DNA of 64,000 nucleotides from an uncultured Chloroflexia bacterium (GTDB lineage: Bacteria; Chloroflexota; UBA6077; JACCZL01): NCBI GenBank assembly GCA_963765765.1, contig CAVXYC010000030.1:160001-224000 (forward strand), in the 5' to 3' direction. The notes beneath the pieces were generated by a model. The model worked only from the letters and a program-made list of their open reading frames with translations. It did not search any database and was not told the origin of the DNA. Both the position numbers and the translations under genes were made by a program. Of this stretch, positions 50,410 through 61,352 are shown piece after piece. How positions within the stretch are numbered: the first letter of the stretch is position 1; each line of letters begins with the position of its first letter.

Positions 50410-51558
50410 ATGGACGGCATCATCGACGCCGACACACACGTCATTGAATCGGACGCCATCTGGAAGCATTTCGACTCGAACGTGGCACATCGTCGGCCGG
50501 TGGCGGTCGTCTGTGACGACCTAACGACGGGGAAGCCGCGAAATCGCTGGTTGATTGATGGAGTGCTCGTCCCCAAGCCGGATGGCAAGGGGGGACAACA
50601 ACTGGCCACGCCGCCTGTAAATCCCGAAGAGGCAGCGGCGCGAAATTGGACCACCAAGGCTCTTCTGGATGTGCCGGCCAGGCTCGAAGACGCTGATGTT
50701 ATGGGCGTGGAGACACAGGTGGTCTTCCCGACGCTCTTCATCGCTCATCTCACGTTCGATCCTGAGCTGGACGTGGCGCTAGCGCGGGCCTACAACCGCT
50801 TTCAGGCTAGTGTGTGGGAGCAAGGCAAGGGCCGCATTCGTTGGGTGGCTGTGCTTCCATTCCACGATATCCGCGCCAGCCTGGATGAGCTGACCTGGGC
50901 ACGAGAGCGTGGCGCCGTGGGATTTCTGGCTCGTGGGATTGAAGGCGAGCGCTCACTGGCCGAGGAGTACTTTTTCCCGGTTTACGAGGAAGCAAGTCGG
51001 CTGGACATGCCGATGACAATCCATACCGGTCCTGGCTGCCCGGCGTACCTCGATGTCCTAGATAATCGCATCAACGGACCGTTCGCCGGTGTGCGGATGT
51101 TGCCGCTGGTGGCCTTCCAGAACCTGGTTTCGATGCGAATCCCGGAGAGGTTTCCGGATCTTCGTATCGGGTTCATCGAGACGGGTGCCTCGTGGGTGCC
51201 GTATCTGCTGCACTTCGTGGAACGTGACTGGCGGCGCAAGGGTCAACTGGAGGAACGGCACCTGGGTCCAAAGCTATTTCAGGATTACCGTATCTACGTG
51301 GCCTGTGAATCGGATGAAGACATCCCGTATCTTGCGCAGCTCATCGGAGAAGACAACCTGGTGAGCGGGTCCGACTACGGCCATCACGCTGGTCAGCTTC
51401 CGACGCTCGAGGCCAATTCGTTCACCAATAGGCTGCGTGGTGGCGACCCATCCGCGGACCTGGCTGTGGTGGGTGAGCTTCGGGGTCGAGAGGACTTGAG
51501 CCCTGAAATCGTGGACAAGATTCTGAAGGTTAATCCGAGGAAACTCTACGGAATGTAG
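50410..51558 (+). CDS. Amidohydrolase family protein (Amidohydro_2)
   Basis: IIDADTH, QVVFPT, AYNRF, TIHTG, RFPDLRIGFIETGASW, GSDYGH. Confidence 0.9.
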   Translation: MDGIIDADTHVIESDAIWKHFDSNVAHRRPVAVVCDDLTTGKPRNRWLIDGVLVPKPDGKGGQQLATPPVNPEEAAARNWTTKALLDVPARLEDADVMGVETQVVFPTLFIAHLTFDPELDVALARAYNRFQASVWEQGKGRIRWVAVLPFHDIRASLDELTWARERGAVGFLARGIEGERSLAEEYFFPVYEEASRLDMPMTIHTGPGCPAYLDVLDNRINGPFAGVRMLPLVAFQNLVSMRIPERFPDLRIGFIETGASWVPYLLHFVERDWRRKGQLEERHLGPKLFQDYRIYVACESDEDIPYLAQLIGEDNLVSGSDYGHHAGQLPTLEANSFTNRLRGGDPSADLAVVGELRGREDLSPEIVDKILKVNPRKLYGM

Positions 51559-51613
51559 GAACAGGACCCTGGGACGGATGGGATCTACAGAAGTCCTGTG
51601 AGTGCGATAGGTC

Positions 51614-51952
51614 CTATTCGGCGCTGCAGTCCGGGCACATCTCGCGCAGATTGCGCCAGGTGTAGATGCCCGTGTGGTGCCCGTCTTTCCAGAGCGGGGC
51701 AAGTGCATAGCGGCCGACCATCTCCAGGTCTTCCAGCTCTGTTTGCTCCGGCTTGAAGACGGTGATCATCTGCAGTTCACCCGGCCGTCCGCCCTCGCCC
51801 TGACAGTGCGCGCACGGGCATTGCCAGCGCAGGTATTCCCAGTCGAAGACGCTTTCGTGTCCGTCAGCCCAGCCGATGATGACGCTACGGTGATCGCGGT
51901 CGAGCTTGATCCGTTGTGGAATCGATTCGAGCGACGCGACAGACTCTGGCAC
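51614..51952 (-). CDS. DUF971 (gamma-butyrobetaine hydroxylase N-terminal-like) protein
   Basis: WADGHES, LRWQCPCAHC, VGRYAL..WKDGHHTGIYTW..LR. Confidence 0.9.
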   Translation of the reverse strand: MPESVASLESIPQRIKLDRDHRSVIIGWADGHESVFDWEYLRWQCPCAHCQGEGGRPGELQMITVFKPEQTELEDLEMVGRYALAPLWKDGHHTGIYTWRNLREMCPDCSAE

Positions 51953-53265
51953 TAACGGTGAACCTCAGCCGGAGATTGCACCTCGCGCACACGGCCGACG
52001 CGCCTGAACCGCGGAAGCAGGCGGGCTGGAAGTCGGCCGTGAAGCTGGATACCCTGCTCAGTGTAGCTCTCATCGATGAGGTAACCCTCGCGCCTGAAGA
52101 GCTCCACCAGGCCGCTGAATTTGAATGGAACGAGGACGTCGACCTCTGGCTGGGCGTTCCCCAGGCGCTCCGCGATCATCTCGCGGAGCCGCTCCACCCC
52201 GTATCCCGACATTGCGGAGATGGCCACCGTATCGTCCGGTAGCGGATCTGGGACGCGATCGAGCATGTCCACCTTATTGAGCACGCGGATCATTGGCGTG
52301 TTTTTAATGCCCAGCTCACGCAAGACATCCTGTACCGCCTGTTGCTGCTGAAGCGCCTGTGGATGCGAGGCATCCACAACATGGAGCAGTAGATCCGCTG
52401 ATTCCAGCTCTTCGAGAGTTGCGCGAAAAGCGGCAATGAGCTGCGTGGGCAGCTTCTGAATGAAGCCCACCGTATCCGCCAGTACAGCGGCGCCTCCACC
52501 GGGCAGCTCGATGCGCCTCGCCGTGGGGTCAAGCGTGGCGAAGAGCACATCGGCAGCCATCACGTCAGCGTTTGTCAGGCGATTCATCAACGTGGATTTG
52601 CCCGCGTTTGTATATCCGACGAGTGCCACCATCGGTGTACCGCCGGCGCGACGTGCACGGATGCGCGAGCGGTGCGCTCGGACTTGCTCGATCTCGCGCT
52701 TCACAACGCCAATCCGATGTCGCAATTGGCGTCGGTCTAGCTCGATCTGAGTCTCGCCAGGACCACCGCGCGTGCCGATGCCACCAATCTGGCGTTCGAG
52801 GTGAGTCCACGCGCCAGCAAGTCGAGGAAGCTGGTATTCAAGCTGAGCCATCTCGACCTGCAGCTTGGCTTCACGCGTGCGCGCTCGCTGGGCGAAGATC
52901 TCAATGATCAACCCAGGTCGGTCCGTCACCGGACACTCAAGCTGCTTCTCCATATTGCGCTGCTGAACTGGACTGAGCTCATCGTCCACAACGACGAGGT
53001 CGTAGTCGAGCTCGGACTTGAGGTCCTGCATCTCCTCAACCTTGCCGCGGCCGAAATAGGTGGCTGGATCAGGTCGATCGCGACGCTGGATCACTCTCCC
53101 CACGGCGACTCCGCCAGCGGTGTCGGAGAGGCGGGCCAGCTCGTCGAGAGACTCATCGGCGTCCCAGGATTCGCGTTCACCCCAGACCAGACCGGCCAGG
53201 AGCGCGCGTCGCGGCGCTTGATATGCGCCCGTATCGTGCAGTGATGTAGTGGTGCGTTCAGTCAA
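51952..53265 (-). CDS. hflX: GTPase HflX
   Basis: IFAQRARTREAKLQVEMAQL, GPGETQIELDRR, G1 GYTNAGKST, FATLDPT, DTVGFI, NKVD, SA. Confidence 0.97.
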   Translation of the reverse strand: MTERTTTSLHDTGAYQAPRRALLAGLVWGERESWDADESLDELARLSDTAGGVAVGRVIQRRDRPDPATYFGRGKVEEMQDLKSELDYDLVVVDDELSPVQQRNMEKQLECPVTDRPGLIIEIFAQRARTREAKLQVEMAQLEYQLPRLAGAWTHLERQIGGIGTRGGPGETQIELDRRQLRHRIGVVKREIEQVRAHRSRIRARRAGGTPMVALVGYTNAGKSTLMNRLTNADVMAADVLFATLDPTARRIELPGGGAAVLADTVGFIQKLPTQLIAAFRATLEELESADLLLHVVDASHPQALQQQQAVQDVLRELGIKNTPMIRVLNKVDMLDRVPDPLPDDTVAISAMSGYGVERLREMIAERLGNAQPEVDVLVPFKFSGLVELFRREGYLIDESYTEQGIQLHGRLPARLLPRFRRVGRVREVQSPAEVHR

Positions 53266-53356
53266 ATTGTGTGTCGTTACCTTTTGAATATTCTACCCGC
53301 CCGGACAGCCAGGCTGTCGTCTGAGGCACTCTGCTTGTGCACGAACGCGGCCATCA

Positions 53357-54162
53357 TCAGGACCGTTGGATGAACTCCAGCACGTGCTCCGCGCACGCGT
53401 CTGGTTCGGCCGCGGCCACATGGTAAGAGTCGCCCGGTAAAACGAGGAGCTCAGAGTTTGGAATTATTGACTGCCATTCCCGCACAACTTCGACTGAGGC
53501 AAGAGCGCTGTTTTCAGTGGTGATAACCAGTGTAGGCGCCTTTATGCGTGGAAGCGCAGCGGAGATGTCAAGCTTGCCGGCCATCTCTGTGATGGCAAGG
53601 GCGACATCGAGATTCGTGCCGGCCATGAAGTCGGTCCACCACTCGAGTTGGGCCTCGGAAGCTCCCGAGCCGAGCCGCGCTCGCTGCGTTTCGGCCGCCC
53701 AGCCTCGACCGCCAATGCGGCGAATCGTGTCGGTAAAGGTGCTCAAGTCGGCGCTTCCGCCGGTGTTGTGTGTTCTAGCTGGTCCACTCACAACGGTGAG
53801 GCTCTTTGCTCGACCGGGATAGTCAGCCGCGAATTGCATGGCCACCGTCCCGCCGATCTTCGCGCCCACCACGTGGGCCGACTGGATCTGGAGTGCATCG
53901 AGGAATCTCGCCATATCGGCCGCCAGCGACTCAGGCGACCATTCGAATTCTCTGAGCCAAGGACGGATTGCCCGAAACCGCGCTGGTCTGGCCGGACGAC
54001 TCGAAACGTGCGAGCGAGATGAGGCACCCAGGCAAACCACGCCTTGCTGGACTCGGCCGCGCCATGAATCAACAGTACCGTCTCAGGAGTATTCCAGGGC
54101 TCGCCGAAGTAGTCATCTTCATAATGGAGTGTTTGATTGGGTGTCAGGCCTACGCTGGACAT
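53357..54162 (-). CDS. Alpha/beta fold hydrolase-like protein (frameshift near 53950)
   Basis: LLIHGAAES, PDQRGFGQS, HVVGAKIGG (no Ser at the nucleophile position), PTLVI, GDSYH. Confidence 0.82.
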
Positions 54163-54359
54163 GTCATGCTGCTCCCGTCGATTGCCGCTCCACACGGCCG
54201 ATCTATCTACTGAGCGAAGTTAGCGGGTCGTCGCGGATATCATAGTAGCCCTGGACTCCCGAGTAGGCTCGCGCGAATCCACGTTTCGGTGACGATCACC
54301 CGCATTCCGTGATACAACGCGACACGCTGTCTCGTACGACGACGTGGGAGGTCATTTCG

Positions 54360-55581
54360 TGCTCAATGCTGGTTCAGATTCTCGTTTGACAACTCGAGTG
54401 TCACGACGGAGCATGCTTCGAGCCTGCGTGGGAGTCATGTCCCTTCCGCTGATCGCGGCGTGCAGTCCCAGCGCGGCGCCATCACCGACAAGCGCACCGG
54501 CGGCGCCTCCCAAGCCCGCACCGGCAGCTTCGCCCAGCGGTAGTCCAGCGGCGGCGGCAAGCCCGTCTTCCGCCGCTAGCCCGGCGGCCGCGGTCGCTGC
54601 TAAGCCCGCGGTGCAGGTCGCACCGCTTTCGCCGAGCGTTAAGGTCCAGGTAGGCCTTATTGGCTCGACGTCAGACGCGGGCTTCTATCTTGCCGAGGAG
54701 CGTGGCTATTTCAAGGATGAGGGTCTTGACTGTGAGCTGATGCCGTTTCAGAGCGGTGCAGCCATGGTGACCCCCGCGGCCACCGGCCAGATCGACGTGG
54801 CGACCGGCGCGACGAGCGCAGGTTTGTTCAATTCCATCGCCCGTGACATTCCGCTAAAGATCGTCGCGGATAAGTCCACGAACCGACCCTGGCTTCATAT
54901 TCAGCTCTGTGGTGATTCGCAAGGATCTGGTTGATAGCGGTCAGGTGAAGAGCTGGGCTGACTTGAAGGGTCGGAAATTTGCCGTGGCTGCGCTGGGGAA
55001 TGTTGGCCAGATGTTCGCGGATAAAGCTCTGCGCCGCGGCGGTCTGACCTGGCGCGACGTGGACCTCGTGACTCTCAGCTATCCCGACGCCGGGGCGGCG
55101 TTCGCCAGCAAATCACTGGATGCGAAACGTCGCCATCGAGCCGTTCCGCACACAGTGGCCCGAGCAGGGTCTGGCGGTGATGCTGCCGGACGACGATCAG
55201 ATCTATTCCCCCAACCAGGCATCGGTGGTGATGTACGGGCCGCAGTTCATCCAGAACAAGGGCGAGGCGGCGAAGCGGCTGATGGTGGCCTACCTGCGCG
55301 GCATCCGCGACTACAACGACGCATTCGTCAAGAAGCAGGGTCGCGATGCCGTCATCGAAGTGCTCATCAAACGAACGAGTCTCAAGGAGCGCCCGCTGTA
55401 CGAGAAAATGGGCCTCCCTGGCCTGAACCCGGACGGCGCGGTCATCTTCGATGACCTGGTGGCGCAGCAGCAATGGTTCATGGAGAACGGCTACCAGGAG
55501 AAGGAGGTCGACATGAAGGGCGTCGTGGATAGCCAGTATGTCGACTACGCGATCTCCAGGCTCGGTAAGTACCCAGCGTAA
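54360..55581 (+). CDS. ABC transporter substrate-binding lipoprotein (SsuA/THI5-like), frameshifts near 54900 and 55125
   Basis: Twin-Arg SRRSML plus lipobox IAAC, Pro/Ala linker, AEERGYFKDEGL, DLKGRK, AYLRGIRDYNDAF, NPDG. Confidence 0.85.
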
Positions 55582-55615
55582 GCGCCTAACACTGGGGCTT
55601 GGCGACGAGTTGCGC

Positions 55616-55642
55616 GTGCTGGGAGCGCGGCGCTCCCAGCAC
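55616..55642. terminator. Perfect hairpin between convergent genes
   Basis: GTGCTGGGAGCG-CGG-CGCTCCCAGCAC 12-bp stem. Confidence 0.55.
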
Positions 55643-55648
55643 CTGGTA

Positions 55649-57409
55649 TCAGCCGTTCTGTGCGCGACGAGCCTTGGTAGCTTCGATGTCTACGTCCAGC
55701 GTGGCTGGTATTAAGACCACGCCATACTCCAGCTCGGCGGCTTCGATAGACACGTACCCCACTCGGACGTCGTGCGCCACGGCGTCGGGATCCCGCTTAA
55801 GGGGGTCACCGAAGCCACCGGCTCCCGAGCCCTCGAAGCGTATCGTGCTGCCGGCTCGGCATCTGATACAGGCCCGCTCCCGGGAGAGTTTCTTCGTCCG
55901 GCGGTGCCCGGATTGCGCACCAGCCTGCCAAGTTGGCCCGGACGGCCGCCCAGCACTCCGCTGCTCGGGAACCGCGTCCGATCGGCTCGGCGATTGATCG
56001 TTGCACCTCGTAGAAGCTCGTACTCTCGTCGATAACACAGTCCGCCTCGAAACTTACCCGCCCCGGTGAGTCCTTGACGAATTCGAATCTCTTGACGCGC
56101 AGGGGGAACGTGTTCTCGAGAATCTCGATAGGCGTGGAGGTCAGATTGGCCGTGTGAACGACGACACCGCTGGCGCCATCGGCGCTACTGTGGCCGCCCA
56201 GACCGGTGCCGAATATCTCGTACTGCAAGAGTGATCGCTCGCCTGCCGAAGCTGGTTCCCAGGTGATCGCCGTGGGACCGCCACTGCCGCCGCTCTGGGC
56301 CACGGCTCGCTCCGTGCAAAGTGGCTGAGCGCATCGAGCATGACGTCCATAAGTCGATAGCTACTGACGATGCCCGCGCCCACGGGTCCGGGGATTCGAG
56401 GATTGACGACGCTTCCTTCGCGGAGCGTGAGCTTTACCGACTCTCGAACTCCGTCATTGAAGCGGAGATCGGGGTCGAGCATGCTGAGGAGGGTGTAATA
56501 CACGCACACCTCCACCCAGGGTGGGCGCATGTTGACGGGCCCAAGCGTCTGGTCGTCACTCCCGGACAGGTCGAAGTGAATAGATTCGCCGTGCTTCGTA
56601 ACTTTGACGTGAAACTTCACGGGCGTTTCGAGCCGCACGCCATCGTTGTCTGTGTATCCCTCAGCCTCAAAGGTCCCGTCGGGCCAGGTCGCGAGCGCAG
56701 CGCGAATGCGCCGCTCGCATAACCGAATGAGCTCATCGAACGCCGCCCGCATGGACGGCAGACCGTACCGCTTCACGAGCTGCGCTACACGCTCTGCGCC
56801 CACCCGCGTGGTGCCAATCTGGGCACGCGTGTCGCCCAGCACAAGGTCCGGGTGGCGTACGTTGACCACCAGGATGTCCTCCAGCTCTTGCCTGTAGACG
56901 CCCGCGTCGTACAGCTTGGTCAGCGGCAGGAGGAATCCCTCTTGATAGAGCTCCGTGGATTTGCTGGTATTGCTGCCGGGTACGGCGCCACCAAAGTCGG
57001 GCTTGTGGGCAATCGTGCAGGAGAACGCCACAAGCTCTCCATCCGCGAACACCGGCACCACTACCGCGAGGTCAGGTGTGTGCGGAACGCTTGCCAGGTA
57101 CGGATGATTTGCAATGATGACGTCGCCCTCGTGAATACCCTCACATCCCCACTTCTCCAGGACAGACTTCACCAGTGGGCGGTACGCGGTTGCATGCACA
57201 AAGTTCGCGGCGTTACTGGTGACAACGCGCCCATGCTCGTCCGTGATCAAAAAAGAGCAGTCGCGCGATTCACGCATCAGTGTCGAATAGGCCGACCGTA
57301 TCAACAGATGGAGCATCTCCTCCATGAGCGCGTCGAGATTGCTACGAAGCATCTCGACGACAACGAGGTCAGCCGAGCCGGTCGTGGGCTGAGTTTGGAT
57401 CTGGGTCAC
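55649..57409 (-). CDS. Hydantoinase B/oxoprolinase family protein (several frameshifts)
   Basis: RSAYSTLMRESRDCS, NHPY..HTPD, HKPDFGGAVPGS, LYQEG, TPIEILE..FP, GAGGFGDPLKRDP..V..DV..GYVS..AA..YGV. Confidence 0.9.
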
Positions 57410-59493
57410 GCGATTCCTCCGACTTGCTCCAAAAGCAGGTTTCCGTAGGCGTCGATGGCTCCGCTCCAGCCGGGCGGGATCACCGTGGTGGCGTCGAGCT
57501 GCTCCACGATGGCCGGGCCCGACAATCTGTTGCCATAACGTAGTAGCTCTCGTCGCCATATGCCCGCGGACACCGAATTCTCACCGCGCCTGAAGGAAAC
57601 CTGGCGCTCGCTCACCCTTGCTTCCTGGGTCGGTTCAATGGCTGGACCCTCTCCCGCGGGCGCGGGAATAAACTGAGGCACGGCTACCTCCGCGCGAACA
57701 CGGTAACTGACGATCTCCACGGGCTCCTCCTGGGCGGCATGGCCCCTTAGACGCTCGTGAAGCTCGTTGAAGCGATTAGCGATATCCTGCTTTTCCGTTT
57801 CACGCAACTGACCGCCTGAGACCGGTACCCGAATCTCAAAACCCTGGCCTGAGTAGCGCACGTCCGCCTCGCGAACGTAGCTGATTTCGGCGTCCTCGCC
57901 AAAGCCTTCGTCGCGCAGCTCGCTCAATGCGCGCGACTCCATGGCATCGTAGTTTGATTGGATGTGCACGATAGAGAGGTCTCGGAGTAGGCGAACGTTC
58001 GACTGGACGTAATCATGGGCCACGTCGGTACACAGCAGCCCGATGGCACTAAATGCACCCGGGCTTGGTGGTGATAGCACGCGGCGTACGCCCATTTCCT
58101 CGGCCACCGCGGCGGCGTGAACGGCGCCGGCGCCGCCGCCAGCAACAAGGGTAAAGTCGTGCAGCGTGATCGCTCGCTGAGAAGCGAGGACTCGGATTTT
58201 GTCGGCCATGCGTGTGTTGACAATCTGGACCATGGCATGCGCCGCTTGGATGACATCCAGCCCAAGCGGATCGGCGATTTGCTCCTGAATAGCTCGCTCA
58301 GCAGCTGATTTGTTCAACGCCAGGCGACCGCCCAGGAAATAGTCTGGGTTTAAATACCCCAGCGCCAGGTTGGCGTCTGTGACCGTGGGCGTGAGGCCGC
58401 CGCGGCCGTAGCTCACGGGGCCGGGATCGGCGCCGGCGCTCCGTGGGCCTAGGTTCAACGCTCCGGCCGTATCCAGCCATGCTAGCGTGCCCCCGCCCGC
58501 GCCTATGGCGGTGACGTCGAGCATTGGGATGGAGAGCTCGCGACGGTCCACATCGCCCTCGGTCACCTCCAGCGGCTTACACTGCTCGATGAAGGCGATG
58601 TCGCAGCTTGTCCCGCCGATGTCCATGGTGATCAGATTGCCCATGCCTTCGAGCGAGGCAAAGCGGGCTCCGGCCTTCACGCCGCCGGCCGGACCCGAGA
58701 GCAGCGTATGGATCGTCTTTCCGCCCACCAGCACGGCGCTGAACGGCATGACGCCGCCGTTGGACTGCATGAGAAATAGCTGGTCCGTGACCACCCCGTG
58801 GTCACGGAGCTGCCCACGCAGAGAGTCGATGTAGCGCATAAGCAATGGCTCGAGATACGCGTTGAGCAAGGTGCCCGACATGCGCGGCCACTCACGGATG
58901 CGCGGCAAGATCTCGCACGAGGCGGAGACGATTGCGTCGGGGATCTCCTCGAGGATGATCGATTTCGTCCGGAGCTCGTGATCGGGGTTCGCGTACGAGA
59001 ATAGGTAGCACACGGCGACCGAGGTGACGCCCTCGGCTTTTAGAGCGCGTGTGGCTCGCCGAACGGACGCCTCGTCTAGCGACTGCACGACGTTACCCTG
59101 AGCATCCAGACGCTCCCCGATCTCGAACACGAGCTCGAGCGGCGCGAGCGAGTCGGGACGCTGATAGGTGAGATTGGTCAAACTTCCGTATCGAAGACCG
59201 CTCTGCACTTCAGCGATCCCACGTAGGCCCTGGGTGAGCAGTAACCCCACCCGTGCGCCCTTCATCTCGATGAGCGCATTGGTGGTGATCGTTGTGCCGT
59301 GCAGGAATGAGCCGATGGCCTCGCCCGAGACGCCGTGGGTCAGAAGTCGCTCGAGCCCGCTAACGATGCCCCTCGCTGGGTTATCTGGGGTGGTTGGAAC
59401 CTTCTCCACGAGCAATGACCCGGTGTCGGCGTTCAGGACCGCGAAATCCGTAAACGTCCCGCCAACATCGACCCCGACGCGCCAGTGCGCCAT
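57406..59493 (-). CDS. Hydantoinase A/oxoprolinase family protein (ATP-binding subunit)
   Basis: GVDVGGTFTD, HGTTITTNA, LLSGPAGG, DIGGTSCD, IGAGGG, SAGADPGP, PTVTDA. Confidence 0.95.
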   Translation of the reverse strand: MAHWRVGVDVGGTFTDFAVLNADTGSLLVEKVPTTPDNPARGIVSGLERLLTHGVSGEAIGSFLHGTTITTNALIEMKGARVGLLLTQGLRGIAEVQSGLRYGSLTNLTYQRPDSLAPLELVFEIGERLDAQGNVVQSLDEASVRRATRALKAEGVTSVAVCYLFSYANPDHELRTKSIILEEIPDAIVSASCEILPRIREWPRMSGTLLNAYLEPLLMRYIDSLRGQLRDHGVVTDQLFLMQSNGGVMPFSAVLVGGKTIHTLLSGPAGGVKAGARFASLEGMGNLITMDIGGTSCDIAFIEQCKPLEVTEGDVDRRELSIPMLDVTAIGAGGGTLAWLDTAGALNLGPRSAGADPGPVSYGRGGLTPTVTDANLALGYLNPDYFLGGRLALNKSAAERAIQEQIADPLGLDVIQAAHAMVQIVNTRMADKIRVLASQRAITLHDFTLVAGGGAGAVHAAAVAEEMGVRRVLSPPSPGAFSAIGLLCTDVAHDYVQSNVRLLRDLSIVHIQSNYDAMESRALSELRDEGFGEDAEISYVREADVRYSGQGFEIRVPVSGGQLRETEKQDIANRFNELHERLRGHAAQEEPVEIVSYRVRAEVAVPQFIPAPAGEGPAIEPTQEARVSERQVSFRRGENSVSAGIWRRELLRYGNRLSGPAIVEQLDATTVIPPGWSGAIDAYGNLLLEQVGGIA

Positions 59494-59550
59494 GCTATTC
59501 CCTCCAGAACACCCGCTAAATGATTGGTTGACCCAGGGCGCGCGTGCTCG

Positions 59551-60405
59551 CTACCCCGATTTCCATGGGATCAGGCGACGCTCCACGACATTCAGCAGCG
59601 CAGCGCTTCCGAATCCCAGCAGGGCGCTGACCATGAGCCCGACGTACATCTTCTCGACTTGGAATACCTGCCAGCTGTTCCAGATCAGGAATCCAATGCC
59701 ACTCTTGGCGCCGATGATCTCGGCAATAACGATGATGATCAGCGCCACGCCCATCCCCAGCTTGAGGCCGGTAAAAACCATTGGCAGGGCGCCCGGCAAG
59801 GCAACGTCGGTGAACATCATCAGGCGGCTGGCGCCATAGTTCTTCCCCACGTCGAGATAGATACGGTCGATGTTGCGCACGCCCGAGACGGTGTTGATGA
59901 GGACGAGGTAGATGACGGCAGTCGCGATGATGGCGTACTTACTTTCCTCGCCGATCCCAAAGATCATGAGAAACAACGGTGCGATCGCGCTCTTGGGAAT
60001 GGGAAATGTGGCGTCCACCAATGGCTGGATCGCGGCTCGCACCAGGGGATTTAGGCCCATGGCCAGCCCGATGATCACTCCCGGGATCGCGCCCAGGACG
60101 AAACCGACGCCGATGCGTGTAAGACTGATGCTTAGATGAGTCCAGAGCTCGCCGCTCTTGATCATCGGAATGGCAGCTTGAAGTATGATCGTGCTCGGGG
60201 TTGGGAAGAAGCGGGTATCGATGAGACGTACCTGGCCAGCCAGCTCCCAGATGAGAATCAAGATGAGCGGCGAACAGACCGATATGAGCCGCTCGAACGG
60301 GACCCTATGCCATGCTCTGGGGCGTTGCTCGGCCAGTGTGTCGTCCACCGTCGCGGCGCCAACAACATCAGCACCGGTCGCATGAAGCCCGGACTGGGTG
60401 CTCAC
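59551..60405 (-). CDS. ABC transporter permease (SsuC/TauC family)
   Basis: FFPTPS, PIPK, FGIGE, EAA-like loop YLDVGKNYGAS, VIAEIIGAKSGIG. Confidence 0.93.
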   Translation of the reverse strand: MSTQSGLHATGADVVGAATVDDTLAEQRPRAWHRVPFERLISVCSPLILILIWELAGQVRLIDTRFFPTPSTIILQAAIPMIKSGELWTHLSISLTRIGVGFVLGAIPGVIIGLAMGLNPLVRAAIQPLVDATFPIPKSAIAPLFLMIFGIGEESKYAIIATAVIYLVLINTVSGVRNIDRIYLDVGKNYGASRLMMFTDVALPGALPMVFTGLKLGMGVALIIIVIAEIIGAKSGIGFLIWNSWQVFQVEKMYVGLMVSALLGFGSAALLNVVERRLIPWKSG

Positions 60406-61265
60406 GCCCGAGCCCCCGTCACACTGTGCTCAACGGCCGCGGCGGCCAGCACCTCATCTCGCAGCAGGCCCCACACGCGCCCGAATAGCTCGCCATACTC
60501 CGGGCTGGATTTCACGACCTCCACCTTGCGTGGGCGCCCGAATACGGCGCCTACGTCGAGAATCTCTTTGATGCGGCCCGGCCGGGCGCTCATGATCAGG
60601 ATGCGATCAGCTAGAACGATCGCCTCGTCGATGCTGTGAGTGACGTAAAGCACAGTCTTGCGCGTCTCTTCCCAGATGCGCAGAAGCTCCGCCTGGAGTA
60701 GCAATTTCGTCTGCTCGTCCAGGGCTGCGAATGGCTCATCCATGAGCAGCATCTCGGGATCGTTGGCAAAAGCTCGGGCGATACTGACGCGCTGTTTCAT
60801 GCCGCCCGAGAGCTGGTGCGGTAGGGCGTCCGCGAACCCGTCTAGGCCGACTTTGCTGACAAACGCATCGGCGGCCGCATAGCGCTCGCGCTTCGACTGC
60901 CCGCGCGCCTTCAGGCCAAAGGCGACGTTATCGCGCACATTCATCCACGGGAAGATGCTCTGCTCCTGGAAGACCATGCTATTGAGCGGCCGAGTGCTGC
61001 CAGGATCGCTGGCCACCTCGATACTGCCGCTGCTCTTCGTCTCCAGACCAGCGAGGATCCGCAGCAAGGTGGTCTTGCCACAGCCGCTGGGGCCGACGAT
61101 GCAGAAGAACTCGCCGGCGCGGATGTCCAGGTCCACGCCCGCCAGAGCTTCGACGACCCGGCCGTGGACCTCAAACTGCTTGCGCAAGGAGCGCAGACGA
61201 ATCTTCGGCGCGCCGAGACCCGTCGCGGGAGCCAGCTCGGGTGGAGTTATAGGTACGGCCCCCAT
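60402..61265 (-). CDS. ABC transporter ATP-binding protein (SsuB/TauB family)
   Basis: GPSGCGKT, LSGGMKQR, LLMDEPFAALD, VTHSIDEA. Confidence 0.95.
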   Translation of the reverse strand: MGAVPITPPELAPATGLGAPKIRLRSLRKQFEVHGRVVEALAGVDLDIRAGEFFCIVGPSGCGKTTLLRILAGLETKSSGSIEVASDPGSTRPLNSMVFQEQSIFPWMNVRDNVAFGLKARGQSKRERYAAADAFVSKVGLDGFADALPHQLSGGMKQRVSIARAFANDPEMLLMDEPFAALDEQTKLLLQAELLRIWEETRKTVLYVTHSIDEAIVLADRILIMSARPGRIKEILDVGAVFGRPRKVEVVKSSPEYGELFGRVWGLLRDEVLAAAAVEHSVTGARA

Positions 61266-61352
61266 GCTCGAGCTCCTTTGATCTGACGGGCGGCGTCGTG
61301 CTGGGCATGTTCAGCACCGGCGTCGCCGGCGCTTCTTGCGCGCGATTCTGGG

